DNA of 64,000 bases from an uncultured Pseudomonadota bacterium (GTDB lineage: Bacteria > Pseudomonadota > Gammaproteobacteria > Burkholderiales > JALYOK01), in the NCBI GenBank assembly GCA_902826775.1, contig CADEHE010000006.1, forward strand, positions 37,238 to 101,237. Direction: 5' to 3'. The notes below the pieces were generated by a model that ran no database searches, was not told the DNA's origin, and worked only from the letters and a program-made list of their open reading frames with translations. Numbering within the stretch: the stretch's first letter is position 1; each line of letters begins with the position of its first letter. Shown piece by piece: positions 27,893 to 36,792 of the stretch. A program made the translations under genes and the position numbers.

Positions 27893-29470
27893 ATGCGTTG
27901 GGATTTTCCTTATGCTTCACAAAGAATGCCGGTCATGGCGCGCAACGTTGTGGCCACCTCGCAGCCGCTCGCGGCGCAAGCAGGTTTGCAGATGCTCGCC
28001 AAAGGCGGCAACGCGGTTGATGCCGCTGTCGCTACCGCGATTACTTTGACGGTGGTCGAGCCGCCGATGAATGGCATCGGCTCGGATGCGTTCGCCATAT
28101 TGTGGGACGGCAAACAACTCGTCGGGCTCAACGCTTCCGGCCGCGCGCCAGCGGGCTGGACCGAGCAACGCTTCGCCGGGCGCGACGCCATGCCGATGTT
28201 CGGCTGGGATTCGGTCACGGTGCCGGGCTGCGTGTCGGCGTGGGTGGCGCTGCACGAGCGCTACGGCAAGCTCAAGTTCACGGATTTGTTCGAGCCGGCA
28301 ATGCGCTACGCCGAGGGCGGCTACACCGTCTCGCCGATTACCGCCTCGGCATGGGAAGGGCAGATGCCGAAGTACACGGATTACCCCGACTTCGCGGCGG
28401 CGTTCCTGCGCCACGGCAAACCACCGCGGCCGGGCGAGTCGGTGCGTTTTCCGGAACAAGCGAGAACGCTAGGGCTGATCGCCGAGAGCAAAGGCAAAGC
28501 GTTTTACCAAGGCCAGCTCGCCGAGCAGATCGTCGCGCATTCGCGCGCCGGCGGCGGCGCGATGAGCATGGAAGATCTGGCTGCGCACAAAGCGGATTGG
28601 GTCGAACCGCTCGGCCAAGACTACCGCGGCTACCGCTTGCACGAAATTCCGCCGAACGGGCAAGGCATTGCCGCGCTCATCATGCTCGGTATTCTCAAAA
28701 ACATCGACATGAGCCGCTATGCGGTCGATTCCGCCGACAGCGTGCACGCGCAGATCGAAGCGATGAAGCTCGCGTTCGCGGACGTGTACCGCAACGTCTC
28801 CGATCCGGCCACGATGCAAGTCACGCCCGCGCAAATGCTCGATCCCGACTATCTCGCGCAGCGCGCGAAGCAAATCGATATGAAAAAGGCGAAGTATCCG
28901 CTCGCCGAATTGCCGCGCGGCGGCGAAACGGTGTACCTCACCGCGGCGGATGCTTCCGGCATGATGGTGTCGATGATTCAGTCGAACTTCATGGGTTTCG
29001 GCTCCGGCATCGTCGTCCCAGGCACCGGCATCGCGTTGCAGAACCGCGGTTACGGATTTAACTTGAAGCCCGGGCATCCGAACCGGGTCGGTCCGCGCAA
29101 GCGGCCATTTCAAACCATCATTCCGGGTTTTCTCACGCGCGGCGGACAACCGGTGATGAGCTTCGGTGTCATGGGCGCGGTGATGCAAGCGCAAGGGCAC
29201 GCGCAAATGGTCGTGCGTGTGGTGGATTACGAGCAAAACCCGCAAGCTGCCTCGGACGCGCCGCGCTGGTTTGTGGATTTGGAGATGAACGTCTCGTTCG
29301 AGAAGGAATTCGATCCGGATGTAGTGAAAGAACTGCGCGCGCGCGGGCATCGCGTCGGCAGCGATGCGCTCGGTTTTAACTTCGGCGGCGCGCAGTTGAT
29401 TCATCGGCTGGAAGATGGCTACTGCGGCGCTTCGGACCACCGCAAGGACGGTTGCGCGATCGGGTTTTAA
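27893..29470 (+). CDS. Gamma-glutamyltransferase family protein without an obvious signal peptide
   Basis: ATG at 27893 after GGACGGAG. MRWDFPYASQRMPVMARNVVATSQPLAAQAGLQML... The putative autoprocessing Thr lies in GGETVYLTAADASGMMVSMIQSN. Confidence 0.9.
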   Translation: MRWDFPYASQRMPVMARNVVATSQPLAAQAGLQMLAKGGNAVDAAVATAITLTVVEPPMNGIGSDAFAILWDGKQLVGLNASGRAPAGWTEQRFAGRDAMPMFGWDSVTVPGCVSAWVALHERYGKLKFTDLFEPAMRYAEGGYTVSPITASAWEGQMPKYTDYPDFAAAFLRHGKPPRPGESVRFPEQARTLGLIAESKGKAFYQGQLAEQIVAHSRAGGGAMSMEDLAAHKADWVEPLGQDYRGYRLHEIPPNGQGIAALIMLGILKNIDMSRYAVDSADSVHAQIEAMKLAFADVYRNVSDPATMQVTPAQMLDPDYLAQRAKQIDMKKAKYPLAELPRGGETVYLTAADASGMMVSMIQSNFMGFGSGIVVPGTGIALQNRGYGFNLKPGHPNRVGPRKRPFQTIIPGFLTRGGQPVMSFGVMGAVMQAQGHAQMVVRVVDYEQNPQAASDAPRWFVDLEMNVSFEKEFDPDVVKELRARGHRVGSDALGFNFGGAQLIHRLEDGYCGASDHRKDGCAIGF

Positions 29471-29602
29471 TGATTTTGTCTAAGGCTTGCCGGCGGCTAC
29501 GCAACTAACAGTCGTTCGAACGGCGTTCTGTTACACTTGCGCGCCGTTCGCCGGCCGCGCATCTGCGGGGCACAACGAGCAGCATCCTAGGGGTTACTCA
29601 AC

Positions 29603-30211
29603 ATGAACGCTTTGCTGTCGATCTCGCGCGCCATCGACGCGCTCAACGAGCGCATCGGGCGCACGGTGCTCTGGCTGGTGCTGATTGTGGCGTTGGTAAG
29701 CGCCGGCAACGCCGTCTACCGCTACGCTTTTCACATGAGTTCCAACGCATGGTTGGAGCTGCAATGGTATTTGTTCGGCGGCATATTCCTGCTTTGTGCC
29801 GGCTACACCCTGCGCCACGACGAACACATCCGCATCGACGTGCTGGCCTCGCGCTGGTCGCGGCGCACGCAGGTCAAGATTGACATTTTCGGTTCGATCT
29901 TTTTCTTGCTGCCGATGGCGATCCTGATCATGTGGCTGTCTTGGCCGGTGTTCATGAACGCCTGGAATAGCGGTGAGGTTTCGAGCAATGCCGGCGGCTT
30001 GATCCGATGGCCGGCACGCCTGCTCATTCCGGTGGGCTTTTTCTTGCTGACGCTGCAGGGGTTTTCCGAGCTAATCAAGCGCATCGCTTTCCTCAAAGGA
30101 TTGATCCCCGATCCCGGCGAGAAGCACAAGGATCCCGCATTGGAGTTGATGGAGCAGCAGCAGTCTGAGCTACAAGCCGCAGAGGCGGCCGCCAAAGGAG
30201 TGAATAAATGA
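29603..30211 (+). CDS. TRAP transporter small permease (DctQ-type, FcbT2-like)
   Basis: 202 aa with four TM segments. Overlaps the large permease gene by 4 nt (ATGA). Confidence 0.88.
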   Translation: MNALLSISRAIDALNERIGRTVLWLVLIVALVSAGNAVYRYAFHMSSNAWLELQWYLFGGIFLLCAGYTLRHDEHIRIDVLASRWSRRTQVKIDIFGSIFFLLPMAILIMWLSWPVFMNAWNSGEVSSNAGGLIRWPARLLIPVGFFLLTLQGFSELIKRIAFLKGLIPDPGEKHKDPALELMEQQQSELQAAEAAAKGVNK

Positions 30212-31821
30212 CGGCCTTCATTATCGAGAACATCGCCCCGCTGATGTTCATCACGCTGGTGGTGTTTCTGCTGCTTGGCTATCCCGTCGCGTTCGCGTTG
30301 GCGGCAGTCGGATTGTCGTTCGGCTTTATCGGCATTGAGCTCGGTTTGCTCGAGCCGGCACTGCTGCAAGCGCTTCCCGAGCGTTTATTCGGCATCATGG
30401 CGAACGATACGCTTCTGGCGATCCCGTTTTTTACCTTTATGGGATTGGTGTTGGAGCGTAGCGGTATGGCCGAGGATCTGCTCGATACCATCGGCCAGTT
30501 GTTTGGCCCGCTGCGCGGCGGGCTCGCTTACGCGGTGGTTTTTGTCGGCGCGCTGCTCGCTGCAACCACCGGAGTCGTGGCGGCTTCGGTGATATCGATG
30601 GGGCTGATCTCGCTGCCCATCATGCTGCGCTATGGTTACAACCGGCAGCTTGCGTCCGGCGTGATCGCCGCGTCAGGCACGCTGGCGCAGATCATTCCGC
30701 CGTCGCTGGTGCTCATTGTGTTGGCCGATCAGCTTGGCCGCTCGGTGGGCGACATGTATGCGGGCGCGATTATCCCAGGCCTGTTCCTGACCGGTTTGTA
30801 CGTCATTTACGTGCTGATCCGTTCGTTTGTGCAACCCGATTCCGCGCCGGCTTTGCCGCCGGAGGCACGCACGCTGCGCGGCTGGGCCTTGTTCAAGCGC
30901 GCGCTGGTTGCACTGGTGCCTCCGTTAGCTCTAATTTTTTTGGTGTTGGGTACGATCTTTCTGGGCATGGCTACGCCGACCGAAGGTGGAGCCATGGGCG
31001 CCACCGGCGCCATCTTGCTTGCGCTGGCGAAGCGGCGGCTCGATTGGTCGTTGCTCAAGCAAGCAATGAACTCCACCGCCAAGCTAACTTCGTTCGTACT
31101 ATTCATCTTGGTCGGTGCGACGGTGTTCAGTCTCACTTTTCGCGCAGTGAACGGCGATTTGTGGGTAGAACACTTGCTGACCAACTTGCCGGGCGGGCAA
31201 GTCGGCTTCTTGATCGTGGTCAACATAATGGTGTTCCTCCTCGCCTTCTTCTTGGATTTTTTCGAGTTGGCATTCATCATTGTGCCGCTGCTCGGACCGG
31301 TCGCGGAGAAGCTCGGTATCGATTTGATCTGGTTCGGCGTGTTGCTCGGCGTCAACATGCAGACGTCGTTCATGCATCCTCCGTTCGGCTTCGCGCTGTT
31401 CTATCTGCGCAGTGTTGCACCGGCGCGGCAGTACCTCGACAAGCTGACAGGTAAATTAATGGCGCCCGTCACTACAGGCCAGATTTATTGGGGCGCAGTG
31501 CCGTTTGTGGTGATCCAGGTCATCATGGTCGGCATCTTGATCGCCTTCCCAGGCATGGTGACGCACTCGCTTCACAAGAGCACAGTGGACCCGTCCAAAG
31601 TCCAGATTGAGATTCCCAGCATGGATGACGTCCCCGGCACGCCAGCTGCGCCCGGCAGTGAGGCGGCGCCATCCGATTCCAGGGCGGGCGAGCAGGGTGA
31701 GCCAGAAATTCCAGATTTTGGTCAGCCCAAAGAAACCGATGGTGCGGCTGGGCAGCCCTCGACCGCGCAAGATCCAAGTGCAAAGGAGGGCGGTGAATTG
31801 GAGGATCTCTTTAAGCAATAG
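30208..31821 (+). CDS. TRAP transporter large permease (DctM-type, FcbT3-like) with an 85-aa acidic tail
   Basis: 537 aa, polytopic, with DctM-like blocks (LLAIPFFTFMG, GAIIPGL). Confidence 0.92.
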   Translation: MTAFIIENIAPLMFITLVVFLLLGYPVAFALAAVGLSFGFIGIELGLLEPALLQALPERLFGIMANDTLLAIPFFTFMGLVLERSGMAEDLLDTIGQLFGPLRGGLAYAVVFVGALLAATTGVVAASVISMGLISLPIMLRYGYNRQLASGVIAASGTLAQIIPPSLVLIVLADQLGRSVGDMYAGAIIPGLFLTGLYVIYVLIRSFVQPDSAPALPPEARTLRGWALFKRALVALVPPLALIFLVLGTIFLGMATPTEGGAMGATGAILLALAKRRLDWSLLKQAMNSTAKLTSFVLFILVGATVFSLTFRAVNGDLWVEHLLTNLPGGQVGFLIVVNIMVFLLAFFLDFFELAFIIVPLLGPVAEKLGIDLIWFGVLLGVNMQTSFMHPPFGFALFYLRSVAPARQYLDKLTGKLMAPVTTGQIYWGAVPFVVIQVIMVGILIAFPGMVTHSLHKSTVDPSKVQIEIPSMDDVPGTPAAPGSEAAPSDSRAGEQGEPEIPDFGQPKETDGAAGQPSTAQDPSAKEGGELEDLFKQ

Positions 31822-31928
31822 GCGACGTGTTCGTTTTGGCGGCCGCTCCAGCGTACGCGCCCCGCCGTTTGTGTCAGTTGGGTCGCACGTAGCGAACTAC
31901 GTGCTGCGCCTCTTAGACCTTGCTTACC

Positions 31929-32706
31929 CTAATGAAATTCGCGTCCTGCGTCGACCGCTAGCGTTTGGCCCGTGATGCTGTCGGTCTCGCATAGCGAAAC
32001 CACTTGGCGCGCAACATCGTCCTTGTCCGCCGCGCGTTTAAGCAGCGAATTTTCGCGTGCCCGTTGCTGGGAGGCGGGGTCGAGATTGGCGGTTGCGCGT
32101 GTGCCCTCAGGGTAGCCTGCGCAACGCAGCTGACCAGGATGTCTGGGGCGAGTGCCACCGCCATGCACGTGTCAGGTGGATGAGCCCGGCCTCCGATACC
32201 GCGTAGGTGATCGATGGGCCGGACGGCGCCAGACCGGCGATGGAAGTTGTACTAACGATGCGCCCGCCAGCTTGCTTGCGCATCGCGTCAGCCGCGGCGC
32301 GGATGCACAGCATCGGCCCCGTTAGATTTACGCCTAAGATCTTCTGCCAAACCTCGTGGGTAAGCGCGTCGAGATCCTGAAACGTGATCCATTTGTTGTA
32401 CGCGGCGTCGTTCACCAAAATGTCTAGCAGGCCGAACTTGGCCAGCCCGTCGCTGACCATGCTTGGCACTTGTTGCTCGCTCGTGACGTCGCAGCCGATG
32501 GCCTCCGCGCACACACCCAGGCTGCGCAAATCCGTAGCGACCTGCTCGGCGCCATCGCGGCTGTTGGCGTAAAGCACGGCGACGTCGCAGCCGCTCTTGG
32601 CCAGAGCGAGACAAACGCGTTGACCCAGGCCGCCGATACCGCCGGTGACCACGGCGATTCTTCCCGTTAGCTGCTGGCGTCTCCTTGCTCTATCGTGGTG
32701 CCACAA
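31929..32706 (-). pseudogene. Short-chain dehydrogenase/reductase (SDR) pseudogene
   Basis: SDR sequence is spread over three frames. GRIAVVTGGIGGLG...YAVSEAGLIHLTR is in frame 1, MAVALAPDILVSCVA in frame 2, and GYPEGTRATANL...ITGQTLAVDAGREFH in frame 3. This implies two 1-nt indels near 32165 and 32125. The YxxxK lysine reads Glu. Confidence 0.8.
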
Positions 32707-32778
32707 TGTCTGAAAGATTCGCCAACATCCGCGGTTCGCTGCAAGAACGCATTCTCGCAGCCGGGAACGATACCCCCT

Positions 32779-34170
32779 TCAATCGTGCCTGAGACCCGCA
32801 AGTGGCGAGAAAGCCTGGCGTGCGGGCTGGCTCGCGGCATCTGTTGGCAGCGCGGCGGCATGTGGTGCTGCTGGGGGTGTGCGCTCTCTCGCGCGCGGTT
32901 GCGGATGCCACCCGAGCACGGCGAGTAGAACAAAAAAGCCGACGACATACGCAACCGCGATATACCAGCCGTGCCGCAACCACAACCCGACCGATTTCGC
33001 TTCCGGATACATGTTGGAAAGCGCGACGCCGGCGGACGAACCGAACCAAATCATCGAGCCGCCGAAACCAACTGCAAAGGCGAGCATGCCCCAATCGTAG
33101 CCGCCTTGCTTGAGCGCCAAGGCGGTGAGCGGAATGTTGTCGAACACACTGGACACGAAGCCCAAGCCGAACACCGTTTGCCAAGACGCAGCGGGCAGCT
33201 CCTCGACCGGCATGAGCGAGGCGCACAGCACCAGTGCGAGCAGAAACACCGAGCCCTTGAAGCTTTCCGGCAGAATTTCCCAGTCCGGCCGCCGCAGCCC
33301 AGCGGTAAGCAATACCGCGAGCGCTACCGCGATACCAATGAACGGGAAGTGGCTAGCTAGGGCATTGAACTTCAAATTGACGATTACGTTGGTGAGGATG
33401 GCGGCAAGCAAGATGAATAGGACGATGCCCACGCGCGTCCAGTCCACGTGTGTATGTTGATGCGCGCCTTTGAGAATGGGCGAATAGCGTTGCTGCGCGA
33501 TCGCGGCGGGGATGCCGAAGACGAATAACGCCGCTAGTGCCGCGATGAAAGCATCGAACACCTGCACGGGATTGACGCCGTCTATCCACATCATCGTAGT
33601 CGTAGTATCGCCGACTACCGAACCCGCGCCGCCGGCATTGGATGCCGCGACAATCGCGGCGAGATAGCCAATGTGCACTTTGGCGCGAAACAGTTGATGC
33701 GCCATCGCGCCACCAATCAGCGCCGCGGCGATGTTGTCGAGAAACGACGACAGCACAAAGACCAGAATGAGCATGATAAACGCACCCTTCCAGTCGTCTG
33801 GTAGATACTTGGGCAGGATCACCGGCACTCGGCTCTTTTCGAACTGGCGCGATAGCAAGCCGAAACCAAGCAACAGGCACAGCAGATTCGTCAAGATCAC
33901 CCACTCATGCTGCAAGTGCGCAAGCAAGCCGCTCAGCCCGGGACCCGTCTCGAAGCCGGTAAAGGCGAGCTTGTAGAGCGCGATGACGGCCAAGCCGGTG
34001 AGGGCGACTTGCAGCGTGCGCGAGTGGAATAGAGCAACGCCGAGCAGGGTGAGGGCGAACAAGATGAAATCGACTGGAATACCGGCGATGGCGGGCCCAT
34101 CCGCCGCCATGGCGAGCCCCGTGTGCAGCGACAACGAACATGCAAGCGAGCGCGCGTAAGGTTTTCTCAT
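32779..34170 (-). CDS. NhaD/ArsB-superfamily ion transporter (NhaD-type Na+/H+ antiporter-like)
   Basis: 463 aa, polytopic. Blocks SSFLDNIAAALIGGAM, AASNAGGAGSVVGDTTTTMMWI and SSVFDNIPLTALAL are typical of NhaD-like permeases. Confidence 0.8.
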   Translation of the reverse strand: MRKPYARSLACSLSLHTGLAMAADGPAIAGIPVDFILFALTLLGVALFHSRTLQVALTGLAVIALYKLAFTGFETGPGLSGLLAHLQHEWVILTNLLCLLLGFGLLSRQFEKSRVPVILPKYLPDDWKGAFIMLILVFVLSSFLDNIAAALIGGAMAHQLFRAKVHIGYLAAIVAASNAGGAGSVVGDTTTTMMWIDGVNPVQVFDAFIAALAALFVFGIPAAIAQQRYSPILKGAHQHTHVDWTRVGIVLFILLAAILTNVIVNLKFNALASHFPFIGIAVALAVLLTAGLRRPDWEILPESFKGSVFLLALVLCASLMPVEELPAASWQTVFGLGFVSSVFDNIPLTALALKQGGYDWGMLAFAVGFGGSMIWFGSSAGVALSNMYPEAKSVGLWLRHGWYIAVAYVVGFFVLLAVLGWHPQPRARERTPPAAPHAAALPTDAASQPARQAFSPLAGLRHD

Positions 34171-34190
34171 AGCCCTCTACACGTTGTTAG

Positions 34191-34219
34191 AAAAAAGCCC
34201 TCCGCCAGTCGGGAGGGCT
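34191..34219 (-). terminator. Rho-independent terminator after the TRAP substrate-binding gene
   Basis: The minus strand reads AGCCCTCC-CGACTGGC-GGAGGGCT followed by TTTTTT. Confidence 0.65.
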
Positions 34220-34231
34220 CCTAGGGAGTTG

Positions 34232-34315
34232 TAGGGTGACAGAGCGCAACGTGCCCACGCGGTCGTCTATCGCGAAGGAGAAGCTCTGTGGCCACGCTGC
34301 GCTTCGCGCACCCTA
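34232..34315. repeat. Imperfect ~28-bp inverted repeat (REP-like palindromic element) in a 3' UTR
   Basis: TAGGGTGACAGAGCGCAACGTGCCCAC versus the reverse complement of GTGGCCACGCTGCGCTTCGCGCACCCTA. Shared blocks TAGGGTG, GCGCA, CGTG, CCAC. Confidence 0.4.
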
Positions 34316-34322
34316 AAAACTG

Positions 34323-35423
34323 CTACTTCGCTTTGCCGACCTTGGAATTGAACAAGTAGTTCTCGTAAGTCAACTCGGCCACGCGCGCCCATAAGAACTG
34401 ATCATCGCGGAACTTCTTCCACGCTGGGTAAACGCGCTTCCAGTGCGCACTCTTGGACAATAGTTCCTCGTATAGTTCGTATGCTGCTTTTTCGCACGCC
34501 TCCATGATCGCGCGCGGATACGGGCGCAGCTTTGCGCCGCCCGCCACGAGCCGGCGCAGCGCCGGCGGGTTGACCGCGTCGTAGCGTGCCGGCGTGGTGA
34601 CGCAGACCTCGTTACATGCAAGTTTGATGGCAGCTTGATAATGCTTTGGCAGCTCGTTGAATTTTTTTTCGTTGATCAACGCGTGCGTCATCGGTCCGCC
34701 TTCCCACCAGCCCGGATAATAGTAAAAGCTGGCGACCTTATTGAAGCCGAGCTTTTCGTCGTCGTAAGGGCCAACCCACTCTGCGCCATCGATCGTTCCT
34801 TTTTCGAGTGCGGGATAGATATCCGGGCCGCCGATTTGCTGCGGCACCGCACCGAGCTTGGCGAGAATCAAGCCGGCCATGCCGCCGATGCGGAACTTTA
34901 GTCCTTTCAGGTCCTCGACCGTCTTCAATTCTTTACGAAACCAGCCGCCCATTTGGCAGCCAGTGCTAGCTGCGGCGAATGCGACACACCCGTAGTCTTT
35001 GAATAGCGGTGCCATCGCTTCCGCGCCGCCGCCGGAGAACCACCATGCATAGTTCTGGCGAGTATTGCCGCCGAAACCGACCGAGGTGCCGAATGCAAAG
35101 GTGGGGTCTTTGCCGTAGTAGTAGTAGCTGGAGGTATGGCCCATCTCTACGGTACCGGCTTGCACCGCGTCCAGCACTTGTAGCGGAGGCACGATTTCAC
35201 CTGCCGGAAACGGGCGGATATTGAACTTGCCGTCGGTGACTTCCGCCACCCGCTTGGTGATCGTCTCAGCCGCACCGTAGAGTGTATCCAGGCTCTTGGG
35301 CCAGCTTGCCGCCAACCGCCAGTTGATAGTCGGATAGGACTGTGCGATGGCTGGCGCTGCAATGACCGCTGCGCTGCCGGCCGCACCGGCGGTCGCCTTC
35401 TTTAAGAATGATCTGCGCTGCAT
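34323..35423 (-). CDS. TRAP transporter substrate-binding protein (FcbT1-like), paralogue 1, Tat-type signal
   Basis: ATG at 35423 after AGGAG. MQRRSFLKKATAGAAGSAAVIAAPAIAQ, then SYPTINWRLAASWPKSLDTLYG. Confidence 0.92.
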   Translation of the reverse strand: MQRRSFLKKATAGAAGSAAVIAAPAIAQSYPTINWRLAASWPKSLDTLYGAAETITKRVAEVTDGKFNIRPFPAGEIVPPLQVLDAVQAGTVEMGHTSSYYYYGKDPTFAFGTSVGFGGNTRQNYAWWFSGGGAEAMAPLFKDYGCVAFAAASTGCQMGGWFRKELKTVEDLKGLKFRIGGMAGLILAKLGAVPQQIGGPDIYPALEKGTIDGAEWVGPYDDEKLGFNKVASFYYYPGWWEGGPMTHALINEKKFNELPKHYQAAIKLACNEVCVTTPARYDAVNPPALRRLVAGGAKLRPYPRAIMEACEKAAYELYEELLSKSAHWKRVYPAWKKFRDDQFLWARVAELTYENYLFNSKVGKAK

Positions 35424-35538
35424 GTTTTCTCCTGAAATTGAAGTTGCGCGTGCGTGACGCCGCCACGGCGTCGCGTGAGGCGAAAACACGTTGCCACGAC
35501 GCACTCGCACGCGCGAATCGTCCACGACGGCACACGCG

Positions 35539-36639
35539 CTACTTGCTGCCGCCGAGCTTGGAGTTGAACAAATAATTCTCGTACGTCAACTCCGCCACGC
35601 GCGCCCACAAGAACTGCTCGTCACGGAATTTCTTCCAAGCCGGATATACGCGCTTCCAGTGGGCGCTCTTGGTTTGAAGTTCCTCAAAGAGTTCGTATGC
35701 GGCTTTCTCGCACGCCTCCATGACGGGACGCGGGAACGGGCGCAGTTTGGTGCCGCTCGCAACTAAACGGCGCAGGGCTTGCGGATTCAGCGTGTCGTAC
35801 TTGGCCGTGCTAGTCACGCATGCTTCGCTGCAGGCAGTCTTGATCGCTACTTGGTAGTGCTTGGGCAGTGTTTCCCATTTCTTTTCGTTAATTAGCGCCA
35901 TGCTGATCGGGCCGCCTTCCCACCAGCCGGGGTAGTAGTAGAAACTGGCGACCTTGTTGAAACCGAGTTTCTCGTCATCGTACGGGCCGACCCATTCAGC
36001 GCCGTCGATGGTGCCTTTCTCCAAAGCCGGATAGATGTCAGGTCCGCCGATTTGCTGCGGCACCGCGCCAAGCTTTGCGAGGATCAAACCCGCCATGCCG
36101 CCGATGCGAAATTTCAGACCTTTTAAGTCCTCCACGGTCTTGATCTCTTTTCGGAACCAGCCGCCCATCTGGCAGCCGGTGCTCGCCCCGGCAAACGCGA
36201 CGCAGCCGTATTCCTTGAACAGCGGCGCCATCGCTTCTGCACCGCCGCCAGAGAACCACCAAGCGAAGTTCTGACGCGTATTGGGGCCGAAGCCGATCGA
36301 AGTGCCGAGCGCGAATGTGGGATCTTTGCCGAAGTAGTAGTACGTCGCGGTGTGCCCCATTTCAACTGTGCCGGCCTGCACTGCGTCGAGCACTTGCAGC
36401 GGCGGCACAATCTCGCCGGCAGGGAAGGGCCGAATATTGAATTTGCCGTCGGTCAATTCCGACACGCGCTTGGTGATCTGCTCGGCCGCGCCATACAGCG
36501 TATCCAAGCTCTTCGGCCAGCTCGCGGCGAGTCGCCAATTGATCGTCGGGTACGACTGAGCAATGGCCGGTGCGGCTACTACGACGGTACCAGTGGCGAC
36601 ACCCGCGGTGGCTTTCATAAGGAACGATCTGCGCTGCAT
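35539..36639 (-). CDS. TRAP transporter substrate-binding protein (FcbT1-like), paralogue 2
   Basis: 366 aa. Collinear with paralogue 1 and identical at most positions by eye. Confidence 0.92.
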   Translation of the reverse strand: MQRRSFLMKATAGVATGTVVVAAPAIAQSYPTINWRLAASWPKSLDTLYGAAEQITKRVSELTDGKFNIRPFPAGEIVPPLQVLDAVQAGTVEMGHTATYYYFGKDPTFALGTSIGFGPNTRQNFAWWFSGGGAEAMAPLFKEYGCVAFAGASTGCQMGGWFRKEIKTVEDLKGLKFRIGGMAGLILAKLGAVPQQIGGPDIYPALEKGTIDGAEWVGPYDDEKLGFNKVASFYYYPGWWEGGPISMALINEKKWETLPKHYQVAIKTACSEACVTSTAKYDTLNPQALRRLVASGTKLRPFPRPVMEACEKAAYELFEELQTKSAHWKRVYPAWKKFRDEQFLWARVAELTYENYLFNSKLGGSK

Positions 36640-36792
36640 GATTTCTCCTCTGTGGACGATTTTATTTGGGCCTCGCTATAGCCGCCCAGCGCATTCTGCC
36701 ACATTATGCACAGGCGACCGCAGCAAAAGCGCCGTGTCCGCTGCACACGAATTTCAGTGCCGCGATCTGCGTAGAGCTGGTCTAAAGTCTCG

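Noticed and set aside
19287-36792. Calling the ku-ligD interval a mobile genomic island
   Set aside because: No integrase, transposase, tRNA, att-like direct repeats or clear compositional break is visible. Most of the interval has the same high GC as the flanks. It is kept only as a low-confidence inference.
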